From the NCBI RefSeq assembly GCF_025273655.1, contig NZ_CP045921.1, forward strand, positions 270,001 through 302,000: a stretch of 32,000 nt of DNA. The letters are read 5' to 3'. This document shows, in pieces, positions 15,566 to 23,784 of the stretch. Origin of the DNA: Candidatus Saccharimonadota bacterium (lineage in GTDB: Bacteria > Patescibacteriota > Saccharimonadia > Saccharimonadales > Saccharimonadaceae). The translations under genes were made by a program, and so were the position numbers. The first letter of the stretch is position 1. Every line of letters starts with the position of its first letter. The notes under the pieces are model-generated. The model saw only the letters and a list, made by a program, of their open reading frames with translations, ran no database searches and had not been told where the DNA came from.

Positions 15566-15574
15566 TGAACGTAT

Positions 15575-17086
15575 ATGGCTACTTTGCAAGATTACAGAGA
15601 TGAGCGTGTACGTAAGCTCGAAGAATTACAACAGCTAGGCGTCAATCCGTACCCGGCTACTAGTCACCGCACCGCTACGGCGAAGCAGGTGATTGATGAA
15701 TTTGCTACTCGCGAGGGGCAAACCGTCACGGTGACGGGGCGTATCACGGGGCTGCGTAAGTTTGGCAAGCTGGCCTTCATTGTACTGCGCGACATGAGCG
15801 GGCAAGTGCAACTGTTTCTCCACGCGCCAGATGTCGCCGAGCTCGATGCGGCGAGTGGGGTACTTGGTATGAAGCAACTGAATCTCCTTGATACGGGCGA
15901 CTTCGTCGAGGCGACCGGTGAGGTGATTAAAACCAAGACCGGGGAAGTGTCGGTAGGTGTGAAGACGCTACGATTGCTCGCCAAGAGCCTGCGCCCTATG
16001 CCACTAGAGCTAACCAACAAAGAAGAGCGCTTCCGACGTCGTTACGTGGATATGAATGTGAACCCAGAGGTGCGTGAACGTTTCGTGCGTCGTAGCAAGT
16101 TTTGGCAAGCGACACGTAATTTCCTGGAAAGCGAAGGTTTTGTAGAGGTAAACAATACTGTACTTGAGGCGACCGCTGGCGGTGCCGATGCTAATCCGTT
16201 TATCTCACATATGGACGCGTTGGACCAGGATTTCTATCTGCGCATCAGTCATGAGTTGCCGCTCAAACGCTTGCTGGTGGCGGGCTTCGAAAAGGTGTTT
16301 GATCTTGGGGCGCGCTTCCGCAACGAAAACTACACCGAAGAACACTTGCCTGAGCACAACGCGATGGAATGGTACTGGGCGTATGCCGACTGGGAAGATG
16401 GCATGGAGCTCACCGAGCGCATGATTCGCTATATTTGTGATGCGACATGGGGTACACGCCAGTTTACACTTATGAGTGGTGAGACGGTAGACTTTGGTGC
16501 TGATGGTGAACATTTCCCTCGCATTAGTTTCGTTGGTATTCTCAAAGAGCAGTACGATATCGACGTGTTTGAGAGTTCCATCGAAGATATCCAGGCTAAG
16601 CTCAAAGAGCATAATCTCGAGGTAGAAGAAGTCGATAATCGTATCCGTAGTCTGGACAAGCTCTGGAAAAAATATCGCAAAACACTTGCTGGTCCAGCAT
16701 TCCTGATCGACATGCCTGTCTTTATGCAGCCGCTCGCGAAAGTAAATGCCAACGACCCGCGCCTCACCGAGCAGTTCAACCTCGTGTTCGGCGGGAGTGA
16801 AATGTGCAAGGCGTTTAGCGAGCTCAACGATCCCGTAGATCAGCTCAACCGTTTCCGTGAGCAGCAAGCCATGCGTGACGCGGGTGACGACGAAGCCCAG
16901 ATGCTCGACATCGACTATGTGGAAGCACTCGAATACGGCATGCCGCCAGCATGTGGCCTCGGCTACAGTGAGCGTGTGTTTTGGAGTCTCGAAGGTATCC
17001 CGGCGCGTGAAGGTGTGCCGTTTCCGCAGCTGCGTAGTGAAATCGACGAGACGACCAAGGCGATTTATCCAGATCTAAATCTATAA
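15575..17086 (+). CDS. lysS: Lysyl-tRNA synthetase, class II
   Basis: 503 aa. It has an N-terminal OB anticodon-binding domain and class II motifs (FRNE...HNAMEWY, GLGYSERV). Confidence 0.95.
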   Translation: MATLQDYRDERVRKLEELQQLGVNPYPATSHRTATAKQVIDEFATREGQTVTVTGRITGLRKFGKLAFIVLRDMSGQVQLFLHAPDVAELDAASGVLGMKQLNLLDTGDFVEATGEVIKTKTGEVSVGVKTLRLLAKSLRPMPLELTNKEERFRRRYVDMNVNPEVRERFVRRSKFWQATRNFLESEGFVEVNNTVLEATAGGADANPFISHMDALDQDFYLRISHELPLKRLLVAGFEKVFDLGARFRNENYTEEHLPEHNAMEWYWAYADWEDGMELTERMIRYICDATWGTRQFTLMSGETVDFGADGEHFPRISFVGILKEQYDIDVFESSIEDIQAKLKEHNLEVEEVDNRIRSLDKLWKKYRKTLAGPAFLIDMPVFMQPLAKVNANDPRLTEQFNLVFGGSEMCKAFSELNDPVDQLNRFREQQAMRDAGDDEAQMLDIDYVEALEYGMPPACGLGYSERVFWSLEGIPAREGVPFPQLRSEIDETTKAIYPDLNL

Positions 17087-17098
17087 AAGGGGATACGG

Positions 17099-17596
17099 GT
17101 GGCGAACTATAAGGGGCACATCGTGGGTGGACTGGCGGCTGGCCTCGCGTATGCAGGTGCTATGACAGTGGTACCTGTAGAGCATTTGGCTGAATATGCA
17201 AGGCTACTGAGCGACTGGCAAGCGCTCGCGGCGGTGTTTGTAATTGCTATGCTGTTTGCGTTGTTCCCAGATGTTGACACTAACTCAAAGGCGCAAGACA
17301 TCTTCTTCTGGCTGGTATTCATCGTGGATGTATTGCTGATATGGAACGGTTCGTTTGCTGCTGCTGCATATTTGGGCCTGATCGCAATGCTGCCAATACT
17401 GACGCATCATAGGGGCTGGACGCATGCCAAATGGGCCATGGTGCTCGTGCCACTTCCGGTTGTGCTCGTGCCACTCCTTTATAGCGAAAAACTCCTGCCT
17501 ATCGCAGTTGTCTACTACGGGGCCGCTGTAATGGGCTACTTTAGCCACTTGCTGCTCGACGGTCTCATCTGGAAGCGATTCAGGATTAAAAACTAG
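17099..17596 (+). CDS. YdjM/DUF457-family membrane-bound metal-dependent hydrolase
   Basis: It uses a GTG start 5 nt after AAAGGGGA. The N-terminal KGHIVGGLAAG and C-terminal FSHLLLDGL motifs sit in a 4-5 TM protein, typical of this family. Confidence 0.65.
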   Translation: MANYKGHIVGGLAAGLAYAGAMTVVPVEHLAEYARLLSDWQALAAVFVIAMLFALFPDVDTNSKAQDIFFWLVFIVDVLLIWNGSFAAAAYLGLIAMLPILTHHRGWTHAKWAMVLVPLPVVLVPLLYSEKLLPIAVVYYGAAVMGYFSHLLLDGLIWKRFRIKN

Positions 17597-17601
17597 CCAC
17601 T

Positions 17602-17610
17602 TGCTATAAT
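17602..17610 (+). promoter_or_regulatory. Extended -10 box TGCTATAAT for the FMN reductase-DUF2207 operon
   Basis: The sequence reads CTTGCTATAATAATAACAAAGGAGATGACGT-ATG. An SD is present. Confidence 0.5.
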
Positions 17611-17630
17611 AATAACAAAGGAGATGACGT

Positions 17631-18179
17631 ATGAAGATCGCGGTAATTGTTGGTAGTCTGAGGAACGGTTCGTATAATCACGTGCTGGCGCATGCGCTGG
17701 TGGAGCGCTTACCGGCTGGGAGCGAAGTGGAGTGGTTGAAATTGACTGAAATACCGTTCGTGAACGAGGATCTAGAGGCTGAGGTACCAGAGGTGGTGCA
17801 ACTGGCTGCGCAGCAAGTAGCGGAAGCGGACGGATTGCTAATTGTGTCACCAGAATATAATCGCGGCATCCCGGCGGTGACGAAAAACATCGTCGATTGG
17901 CTGAGTCGCCCAAGTACAGGGCATCCGCTGAAGGGCAAGCCAGTAGCGATTGCCGGCATCTCAAGCGGACCAATCAAGACGATGGTGATGCAGTCGCAGC
18001 TAAGACCAGTGTTGGCTCATACGCAGGCTGTGGTGTTGACTGCGCCGGTAATTGCACTAACAATAGGCGACGATAACATGACGGCGTCTGGCGGCGTAAG
18101 CGACGTGACAGCGCGTCACCTCGATGCATACATTGCTGCATTTATGGTGCATGTTGAGCGATATACGGAGCGCGTATGA
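17631..18179 (+). CDS. NAD(P)H-dependent FMN reductase family flavoprotein (PF03358-type)
   Basis: The blocks MKIAVIVGSLRNGSYN, ADGLLIVSPEYNRGIPAVTKN and GKPVAIAGIS are the typical flavodoxin-like NADPH:FMN reductase signatures. Confidence 0.8.
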   Translation: MKIAVIVGSLRNGSYNHVLAHALVERLPAGSEVEWLKLTEIPFVNEDLEAEVPEVVQLAAQQVAEADGLLIVSPEYNRGIPAVTKNIVDWLSRPSTGHPLKGKPVAIAGISSGPIKTMVMQSQLRPVLAHTQAVVLTAPVIALTIGDDNMTASGGVSDVTARHLDAYIAAFMVHVERYTERV

Positions 18180-19930
18180 GATTTAAGTTCTTTGCGAGTA
18201 TTTTTGTAGTAGGACTGTCGCTCGTGAGTGGTCAGCCTACGGCTGCGGCGGCAAATGATTTTGAGATTACCAACTACCATATGCAGCTGGAGCTGGGGCG
18301 CGACAGCGAGCAGCGATCAACACTCAAAACGGTGGAAAAAATTACGGCACTATTTCCGGACACGGATCAAAACCACGGTATCGAGAGAGCAATTCCAAGT
18401 TCATATGAAGGACATACGACGAGCCTGCATATTGAATCTGTGAAGAGTGAGGCGGGTGTAGCATTGCCGTATACGATCTACGAAAGTAACGGCAACCAGG
18501 TGGTACGAATCGGCGACAAAAATACCTACGTGCACGGTAGTCAGACATATGTGCTGACATATGCGCAGCGCGACGTGACGCGATACTACGCAGATACGAA
18601 GATGGACGAGTTTTACTGGGATCTAAATGGGGTGGACTGGAAGGTGCCGATACAGCGGTTCACTGCTGAGGTGACGATGACACCGGAGGCACGCACGTAC
18701 TACGAGCAGTATGCGTGCTATCAGGGCGGGGCAGGTTCAAGCGCCGGGTGTCAGATTACGCAAGAGGGTGCGATGTTTCGTGTGGCGGCAAGTAGCATGG
18801 CGCCGGGCGATAATGTGACGGTAGCATTGGGGTTTCGGCCAGGGGCGTTTGCGACGTATCAACCATCGCTATGGGAGCGACTGGTGGGTGTCTGGATAGG
18901 ATTATTGGCAGTGACAGGACTCGCGAGCGTGGGACTAATCGTGTGGCTATCGGTACGATGGTCTCGACTGAAGAATCGTGTGCGTGACATAGGTACGATT
19001 GTGCCAGAGTATCTGCCGCCAAAAGCGGTGAGCGTGACGGCGAGTGCTGAGGTGTTGGATAGTCCACGTGCGGTGTTTGCGGCGCAGTTGCTCGACTTGG
19101 CAGTGCGCCACTATCTCAAAATCTATGAGACGAAACCGAAATCTTTTTGGTCGAACGCGCAGTATACGCTAGAGATCACGGGTGATGTGACCAAACTGCG
19201 CGCCGAGGAGCAAGAGCTACTACGCGATATTTACGATGGCAAGACAAGTGTAGGCGAGAAGCTAGAGATGAAGACGTTGCAGAGCAATACCGCACTGTAC
19301 AGTCGCATGCAGGACAACCCAAAGAAGCTACAGGCGCTCGTGCGCGGTGAGTATGCATTACGCGAGCGGCTGACGACGCAGCGGGCATGGTTTACGCGCA
19401 CAAGTGTCATCGTATTCCTGATTGCTATTGTGACTGGCTCGCCGTTTCTGCTGGTGGCGGCAGGTACGGCCTGGCTATTGGGATATTCGCTATGGTCGCT
19501 GACTGACAAAGGACTCAGTTTGCGGCGCTATCTAGAGGGGCTCAAACTCTATATTGGTGTGGCTGAGGTGGAACGACTCAAGATGCTGCAGACTCCAGAG
19601 GGGGCAGAGAAAGTCGGCACGGATATCGAAGGAAAGCCTGCCGAACTCGTGAAATTGTACGAAAAAGTGTTGCCGTATGCGGTACTGTTTGGCCAGGAAA
19701 AGGAATGGGGAAAGCAGCTTGGTGAGTACTATGCTGAGTCTCGCAGTAATCCAGGTTGGTATAGCGGCGGCGATGCGACAGTGTTCAATGCTGCGGTGTT
19801 GTCGTCGGCGATCGGTAACTTCACTACTGCAAGCTCCTACACTTCGGCTAGTAGCTCGTCGAGCGGCGGCTCAGGCGGTGGAGGCTCGTCTGGTGGCGGA
19901 GGCGGCGGAGGCGGCGGAGGCGGCTGGTAA
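18176..19930 (+). CDS. DUF2207-family membrane protein with a Ser/Gly-rich C-terminal tail
   Basis: It has a signal peptide (MRFKFFASIFVVGLSLVSGQPTAAAA), an N-terminal DUF2207-like ectodomain and several TM helices. The tail reads SSSSGGSGGGGSSGGGGGGGGGGGW. Its start overlaps the FMN reductase stop within ATGA. Confidence 0.7.
   Translation: MRFKFFASIFVVGLSLVSGQPTAAAANDFEITNYHMQLELGRDSEQRSTLKTVEKITALFPDTDQNHGIERAIPSSYEGHTTSLHIESVKSEAGVALPYTIYESNGNQVVRIGDKNTYVHGSQTYVLTYAQRDVTRYYADTKMDEFYWDLNGVDWKVPIQRFTAEVTMTPEARTYYEQYACYQGGAGSSAGCQITQEGAMFRVAASSMAPGDNVTVALGFRPGAFATYQPSLWERLVGVWIGLLAVTGLASVGLIVWLSVRWSRLKNRVRDIGTIVPEYLPPKAVSVTASAEVLDSPRAVFAAQLLDLAVRHYLKIYETKPKSFWSNAQYTLEITGDVTKLRAEEQELLRDIYDGKTSVGEKLEMKTLQSNTALYSRMQDNPKKLQALVRGEYALRERLTTQRAWFTRTSVIVFLIAIVTGSPFLLVAAGTAWLLGYSLWSLTDKGLSLRRYLEGLKLYIGVAEVERLKMLQTPEGAEKVGTDIEGKPAELVKLYEKVLPYAVLFGQEKEWGKQLGEYYAESRSNPGWYSGGDATVFNAAVLSSAIGNFTTASSYTSASSSSSGGSGGGGSSGGGGGGGGGGGW
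19892..19924 (+). repeat. In-frame tandem 9-nt repeat (GGY GGC GGA) encoding poly-Gly
   Basis: The sequence reads GGTGGCGGA GGCGGCGGA GGCGGCGGA GGCGGC, then TGG TAA. Confidence 0.9.
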
Positions 19931-19942
19931 CCCCAGAGCTTA

Positions 19943-19953
19943 TGCTATACAAT
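19943..19953 (+). promoter_or_regulatory. Extended -10 box TGCTATACAAT upstream of uppP
   Basis: TGCTATACA overlaps TACAAT, about 32 nt upstream of the ATG at 19985. Confidence 0.4.
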
Positions 19954-19984
19954 AAGAGGCAATGAACTGCGGGAAAACTGACTG

Positions 19985-20818
19985 ATGGAGTGGTGGCATG
20001 CGATTGTATTTGGTGTCATCGAGGGAGTGACAGAGTTTCTGCCTGTGTCGAGCACTGGTCATCTGACGATCATGGAGAAGCTGCTGGGGTATCAGATCGA
20101 TGATCCGAGCGTAACGGCGTTTACGGCTATTATCCAAGTAGGAGCAGTGCTGGCGACAGTACTGTATCTGCGGAAGGATATTTGGCGTGTTGGTGTGGCG
20201 TGGTTGCGAGGGCTGGCCCACGGCGGGCAGCGCAAACACGACTACAAATTTGGTTGGGCAGTGCTTATCGGCTCGGTGCCAATAGGTATCGTGGGCTTTT
20301 TGTTCAAAGACGAGATCGAGGGAGTGCTCCGTAGTTTGTGGTTTGTAGCGGGTGCGTTGATCTTGTGGAGCGTCGTGATGTGGTTTGCGGATAAGGCTGC
20401 ACTCCAAAACCGCCACGAAAAAGATACAACCTGGAAAGATACGCTAGTGATTGGTCTGACGCAGTGCTTGGCACTGATACCAGGTGTATCGCGCAGTGGC
20501 GCGACTATGTCAGCAGGGCTCCTTCGTGGATTTGACCGCGTAACGGTGACCAGGCTATCGTTTTTCCTCAGTATTCCAGCACTCATGGCAGCGGCCGTAC
20601 TACAAACAGTCACGCAGTACGATGAGATACAGCATGGTGTGGGCTGGGGTCCTACGCTGCTCGCGACGGCAGTGTCATTTGTCGTGGCGTGGTGGGCTGT
20701 GGCTTGGCTGCTGAAATTTATCGCGAAGCATGATTATTCAATCTTCATCTGGTACAGGGTGGGGCTGGGTGTACTGCTGATAGTGCTATTAACAACGGGC
20801 GTGGTGAGTCCGGTATAA
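19985..20818 (+). CDS. uppP: Undecaprenyl-diphosphate phosphatase (BacA/UppP)
   Basis: 277 aa. GVIEGVTEFLPVSSTGHL and PGVSRSGATM are the BacA signature motifs. Confidence 0.93.
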   Translation: MEWWHAIVFGVIEGVTEFLPVSSTGHLTIMEKLLGYQIDDPSVTAFTAIIQVGAVLATVLYLRKDIWRVGVAWLRGLAHGGQRKHDYKFGWAVLIGSVPIGIVGFLFKDEIEGVLRSLWFVAGALILWSVVMWFADKAALQNRHEKDTTWKDTLVIGLTQCLALIPGVSRSGATMSAGLLRGFDRVTVTRLSFFLSIPALMAAAVLQTVTQYDEIQHGVGWGPTLLATAVSFVVAWWAVAWLLKFIAKHDYSIFIWYRVGLGVLLIVLLTTGVVSPV

Positions 20819-20830
20819 CAGGAGGGTGTG

Positions 20831-21535
20831 ATGATAGACGTACAACATGTCACGAAAACGTATGGTAAAAAAAGTAACAAGTTCGTCGCGTTAGACGATG
20901 TTAACCTGACAATACCCGACGGAGCGAGTGTAGCGATTATCGGTAAATCTGGTAGCGGCAAAAGTACACTGATGCACGCTATGAGCGGGCTTGATCGACC
21001 GCAAGATGGCGCGATTGTGGTGAACGGTGATGATATTTTGAAGCTCAAGCCGAAGAAAGTGGACGCGTTTCGGGCTGAGCAGATGAGCTTCATTTTTCAG
21101 GCGTTTTTCGTGCAGGCAAACGAGACCTGCTACGACAATGTGAGCTTACCGCTAGAAATAGCAAAAGTGTCGCGTGGACAGCGTAAACCCAAAGTACTAG
21201 CAGCGCTCAAGGCTGTAGGGCTTGAAGACAAAGTAAAGTCGAAGGCAAAAGATCTGTCTGGTGGGCAGAAGCAGCGCCTCGCTATCGCGCGAGCGATTGT
21301 GAACCGACCCAAAATCCTGTTTGCCGATGAGCCTACGGGTAATCTCGATAGTACAACCGGTGATGCGATTGAGCGCTTGCTGTTTGCTATCAACAAAAAA
21401 AGTGGTGTCACGCTTGTGATCGTGACACACGACGCTGACCTTGCGGCCAAATGTGATATGCAGATACAGATCAAAGACGGCCGAGTACAATCGGTGAAGC
21501 AGCGCCATGCTACGCTCACGAAAGGAGTGAAATAA
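20831..21535 (+). CDS. ABC transporter ATP-binding protein, MacB/LolD-type
   Basis: It has Walker A (GKSGSGKST), the signature LSGGQKQR and Walker B (ILFADEPT). I prefer ATG 20831, which lies 4 nt after GGAGGG, over the track GTG at 20828. Confidence 0.9.
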   Translation: MIDVQHVTKTYGKKSNKFVALDDVNLTIPDGASVAIIGKSGSGKSTLMHAMSGLDRPQDGAIVVNGDDILKLKPKKVDAFRAEQMSFIFQAFFVQANETCYDNVSLPLEIAKVSRGQRKPKVLAALKAVGLEDKVKSKAKDLSGGQKQRLAIARAIVNRPKILFADEPTGNLDSTTGDAIERLLFAINKKSGVTLVIVTHDADLAAKCDMQIQIKDGRVQSVKQRHATLTKGVK

Positions 21536-22902
21536 TGCGACGCCGTGATATTGCCGCACGCGCAAGCAAAAGCTTGGCACAGGCTAAAATGCGTACATTA
21601 CTGACAAGTCTTGCGATTGCTGTGGGGGCATTTACACTTACGCTCGCCCTAGCAGTCGGCGAGGGCTCGCGCCAGTACATCGACAAAGTCATCTCGTCAA
21701 ATGTGGATCCGCAGATGTTGATCGTGTCAAAAGATAAATCGCTGTTTGAAGGTTCGGGTGCGACAGGGAGTGGATTGAAGGAATACTCGGAAAATCAGAG
21801 TGCGTATAACGGCCTGTCGATTAAGGCGCTGACAGACGACGATATCAACAAAATCAAAGCCCGCTCGGACATCCAGTCGGTGACGCCATCATATATGGTG
21901 TCAGCGCAGTACGTGACGTTTGCTGAGAAGCCAAATGCGAAATACACCAGCGACATCACACTCTACGATACGTCTGTATTGCCGGAGACGGCGGCGGGCA
22001 ACTTACCGCCACGCGGCGAGCAGATTGGTGACGATGAGGTAATTGTGCCGCAGAGTTATCTCGATACGATGAAGGTGGGCGATGCAAGCAAATTTGTAGG
22101 ATCGACTGTCACGCTACATCTTGTCAAACCAGCTAAGGAGTTGAGTCAGGCTGAAATACAGTCGCTGTTTGCAAACGAGGGGCAAGCGGGTGTCGAAAAA
22201 GCGTTGTCGCCTGAGACGAGGGACGTAACTTATAAGGTGCGCGCAGTCAGTAAAAACTCTGCCACGTCGCTGTCGGCGAGTAGCGGGCTCTTCATCTCGG
22301 AAAACCAGGCGCGTGATCTGTCTCAGTGGCTTACCAAAGGTACTTCCCAGGAGGGGCAGTATTTCTCGGCGACTGCCAAAGTAAAAGAGGGTGTCGACCC
22401 GGCGGACGTGAAGAAGTCTCTCGAGCAAGACAAGATCTACAGCATGACCGCGGAAGACCTGCAATCGCTGATTTTTCAGGTAGTGAATGTGATTCAGGGA
22501 ATCGTGATTGGGTTTAGTATCCTGGCACTGTTTGCGAGTTTGTTCGGCATTATCAACACCATGTATATCTCGGTGTTGGAGCGTACTAGGCAGATTGGCC
22601 TCATGAAGGCGCTTGGTATGAGTGGGCGTGACGTAGCGAAGCTGTTTCGCTACGAAGCAGCCTGGATAGGTGCACTAGGTGGTGCGATTGGCGCGGGACT
22701 GGCGACGCTTGTTGGCGCGATTGCCAATCCGTACCTTACCAAATGGATGAGTCTCGGCGATGGTACGTCGCTCCTGATCTTTCAGCCGTACGTGATTGTA
22801 CTGATGATAGTGGGGCTTATGCTGGTGGCGGTGATCGCTGGCTATTTACCGGCGCGCAAAGCCGCCAAACTTGATCCTATTGAGGCGCTGCGTACCGAAT
22901 AA
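21535..22902 (+). CDS. ABC transporter permease, FtsX/MacB-type (4 TM with a large extracytoplasmic domain)
   Basis: An N-terminal TM is followed by a ~250-aa extracytoplasmic domain and three C-terminal TM helices. The FtsX-domain ending LPARKAAKLDPIEALR is present. The start overlaps the ATPase stop within TAATG. Confidence 0.85.
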   Translation: MRRRDIAARASKSLAQAKMRTLLTSLAIAVGAFTLTLALAVGEGSRQYIDKVISSNVDPQMLIVSKDKSLFEGSGATGSGLKEYSENQSAYNGLSIKALTDDDINKIKARSDIQSVTPSYMVSAQYVTFAEKPNAKYTSDITLYDTSVLPETAAGNLPPRGEQIGDDEVIVPQSYLDTMKVGDASKFVGSTVTLHLVKPAKELSQAEIQSLFANEGQAGVEKALSPETRDVTYKVRAVSKNSATSLSASSGLFISENQARDLSQWLTKGTSQEGQYFSATAKVKEGVDPADVKKSLEQDKIYSMTAEDLQSLIFQVVNVIQGIVIGFSILALFASLFGIINTMYISVLERTRQIGLMKALGMSGRDVAKLFRYEAAWIGALGGAIGAGLATLVGAIANPYLTKWMSLGDGTSLLIFQPYVIVLMIVGLMLVAVIAGYLPARKAAKLDPIEALRTE

Positions 22903-23718
22903 CTATTTGATGCAGTTGTTGGTGATGTCGATGATGACATAGCGTTCGTTTTGACCATCGGTAGGTTGGTCAGCGGGATATGCCACGGGATCAGCAAGAT
23001 TGATACGATCTTCGGGAATGCCTTGTTTTATTAAGTCTTGCTGGATTTTAGTGACACGGTTTTGGATCACTTGTTTCCGCTCCTCTAGTGTGTCAGATGT
23101 AGCCGCAAGGTAGCCGCGGACGCTAAAAGAGTAGTCTTTTGCGCTAGTTTTTTTGTAGAAGTCTCCCATGCGATCGAACAGCTTGCCAGCATTTTCCTCG
23201 CCGGAGTAAGTAGTACTGGTGTCGTCTGCGAATATCATGGTTGCTCCGCGGATTGTGCGAGCATATAAACTAGTTGCATCGAGGTATTGTAGGTCCGCCT
23301 TCGCTAGGCAAAAGTCTTGGGAGGTCGTATTTGCAGCTTGTTTTTTGTCCTCTTTGGGCGTAACTCCGATTGCATCGCCAACCGCAAGTTCCTTGACTAT
23401 GCCGTTCTGGATTGCGATGCGTGCGTGTTTGGGCGACTCGTTGTCTGTGAAGCTGTAGCGTAGATAAAAAGTAGAAGCTTCTTCGGTGGTGGTATCCAGT
23501 CGATAATTTCGTGAACTGACCGCAGTATAAAATTCGTCACTGCCACTTGGCGTACCGTGTGATTTGAACGAGGCTTCATCCTGTGACGAGGCGGCATGCA
23601 TAGTCTGTTCGGCGGTGCGGGTCGCTCGCGCTTGTGGCGTAAAGAATACAAAATAGATACCTGTACCAGCACCAGCAATGATGAGGATCAGCGTAATTGT
23701 TATAAAGAACTTTTTCAT
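22903..23718 (-). CDS. Membrane-anchored hypothetical protein with a divergent OmpA/MotB-like C-terminal domain
   Basis: The N-terminal anchor is MKKFFITITLILIIAGAGTGIYFVFF. The C-terminal ~100 aa (FADDTS...SVRGYLAATSD...NRVTKIQQDLIKQGIPEDRI...ERYVIIDI) follows the OmpA_C pattern loosely. The key D/R peptidoglycan-binding residues are not clearly conserved. Confidence 0.5.
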   Translation of the reverse strand: MKKFFITITLILIIAGAGTGIYFVFFTPQARATRTAEQTMHAASSQDEASFKSHGTPSGSDEFYTAVSSRNYRLDTTTEEASTFYLRYSFTDNESPKHARIAIQNGIVKELAVGDAIGVTPKEDKKQAANTTSQDFCLAKADLQYLDATSLYARTIRGATMIFADDTSTTYSGEENAGKLFDRMGDFYKKTSAKDYSFSVRGYLAATSDTLEERKQVIQNRVTKIQQDLIKQGIPEDRINLADPVAYPADQPTDGQNERYVIIDITNNCIK

Positions 23719-23725
23719 GTGTTTT

Positions 23726-23731
23726 AGTATA
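23726..23731 (-). promoter_or_regulatory. -10 box TATACT, 7 nt upstream of the ATG of the OmpA-like gene (leaderless-type)
   Basis: The minus strand reads CGGTATACTAAAACAC-ATG with no SD. Confidence 0.5.
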
Positions 23732-23768
23732 CCGCATCGTGCTCATAGTTAAAAAAGCTAGCTACTAC

Positions 23769-23777
23769 TGTTATACT
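23769..23777 (+). promoter_or_regulatory. Extended -10 box TGTTATACT, 7 nt upstream of the serS ATG (leaderless-type)
   Basis: The sequence reads CTGTTATACTAAAATAC-ATG with no SD. The N-terminus MLDIRFIRDNPEKV is a canonical SerRS start, so the ATG is secure. Confidence 0.6.
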
Positions 23778-23784
23778 AAAATAC

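Noticed and set aside
16205-16867. A 220-aa antisense ORF (plus a 132-aa one at 16429-16827) inside lysS
   Set aside because: The sense strand encodes an unambiguous class II LysRS. The antisense products have no recognisable features or start signals.
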